NCBI GenBank assembly: GCA_031372065.1
Contig: JANMKN010000339.1
Location: 1 to 14,026, forward strand
Length of the DNA: 14,026 nt
DNA from: Abditibacteriaceae bacterium
GTDB taxonomy: Bacteria; Armatimonadota; Abditibacteriia; Abditibacteriales; Abditibacteriaceae
Reading direction: 5' to 3'
In this document: piece after piece, positions 13,813 through 14,026 of the stretch
How positions within the stretch are numbered: the first letter of the stretch is position 1
Layout: each line of letters opens with the position of its first letter
Position numbers and translations under genes: made by a program
The notes under the pieces: model-generated
What the model was told of the DNA's origin: nothing
Database searches by the model: none
Seen by the model: only the letters and a program-made list of their open reading frames with translations

Positions 13813-14026
13813 AAGCCGCCGTTGAAGCCGTGGACGCGCTCAACAGTTGGGTGCGCTCGGCCTCGTTTAGCCACAGTTTGCGCAACCCACGGCACGCGAT
13901 TTACTGGCTCAAACGCTGTGCTATTGAAGCGGCGCATAACGCCGGACTCGCGCGGCACAAACGCGTTGGAGTCATCGCCACCTGCCGTGATTGCGGCGGC
14001 GCGGGGCGCTATGTTGATAGTTACGG
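13755..14026 (+). CDS. 3'-truncated hypothetical protein with CxxCxGxG motif (absent from the ORF track)
   Basis: GGAGGTG at 13741-13747, ATG 13755, frame open to the window end: MDTCTNDTCTDNSAISDELKAAVEAVDALNSW...AIYWLKRCAIEAA...TCRDCGGAGRYVDSY. Confidence 0.7.
   Translation, partial: MDTCTNDTCTDNSAISDELKAAVEAVDALNSWVRSASFSHSLRNPRHAIYWLKRCAIEAAHNAGLARHKRVGVIATCRDCGGAGRYVDSY

Larger units (their letters stand above)
1..14026 (+). mobile_element. Early/replication region of a prophage, temperate phage or phage-plasmid (boundaries outside window)
   Basis: Lambda-O-like initiator with internal iterons followed by a helicase-loader-like gene; dense co-oriented small hypothetical genes; phage-type C5 MTase; no housekeeping genes. 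No att, integrase or capsid gene is seen, so the element class is inferred. Confidence 0.75.

Overview
A ~54% GC, almost entirely + strand early/replication region of a temperate phage, prophage or phage-plasmid. No structural, integrase, tRNA, rRNA or CRISPR sequence is visible. Left (1-2572): a lambdoid-type replication module with a probable recombination protein fragment, a lambda-O-like initiator containing four palindromic iterons, and a G39P/P-like helicase loader. Middle (2607-5911): a divergent control region with an AT-hook/ribbon-helix-helix regulator and palindromic operator-like sites, then SWIM zinc-finger, DUF6573-like and small genes, each preceded by a hairpin, and an N6-MTase-like protein with no visible catalytic motif IV. 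Right (6000-14026): a tightly coupled operon carrying a reduced PRTRC-type ubiquitin-like conjugation cassette (ParB, Ubl/protein C, protein F, E2-like protein B, E1-like ThiF; no JAB/protein A or protein E in their usual slots), then a C5-cytosine methyltransferase and an HD-domain protein. The most notable observation is this JAB-less E1-E2-Ubl cassette on a phage-type replicon, between two methyltransferase-family genes. All family calls come from motif recognition by eye; no database searches were run.
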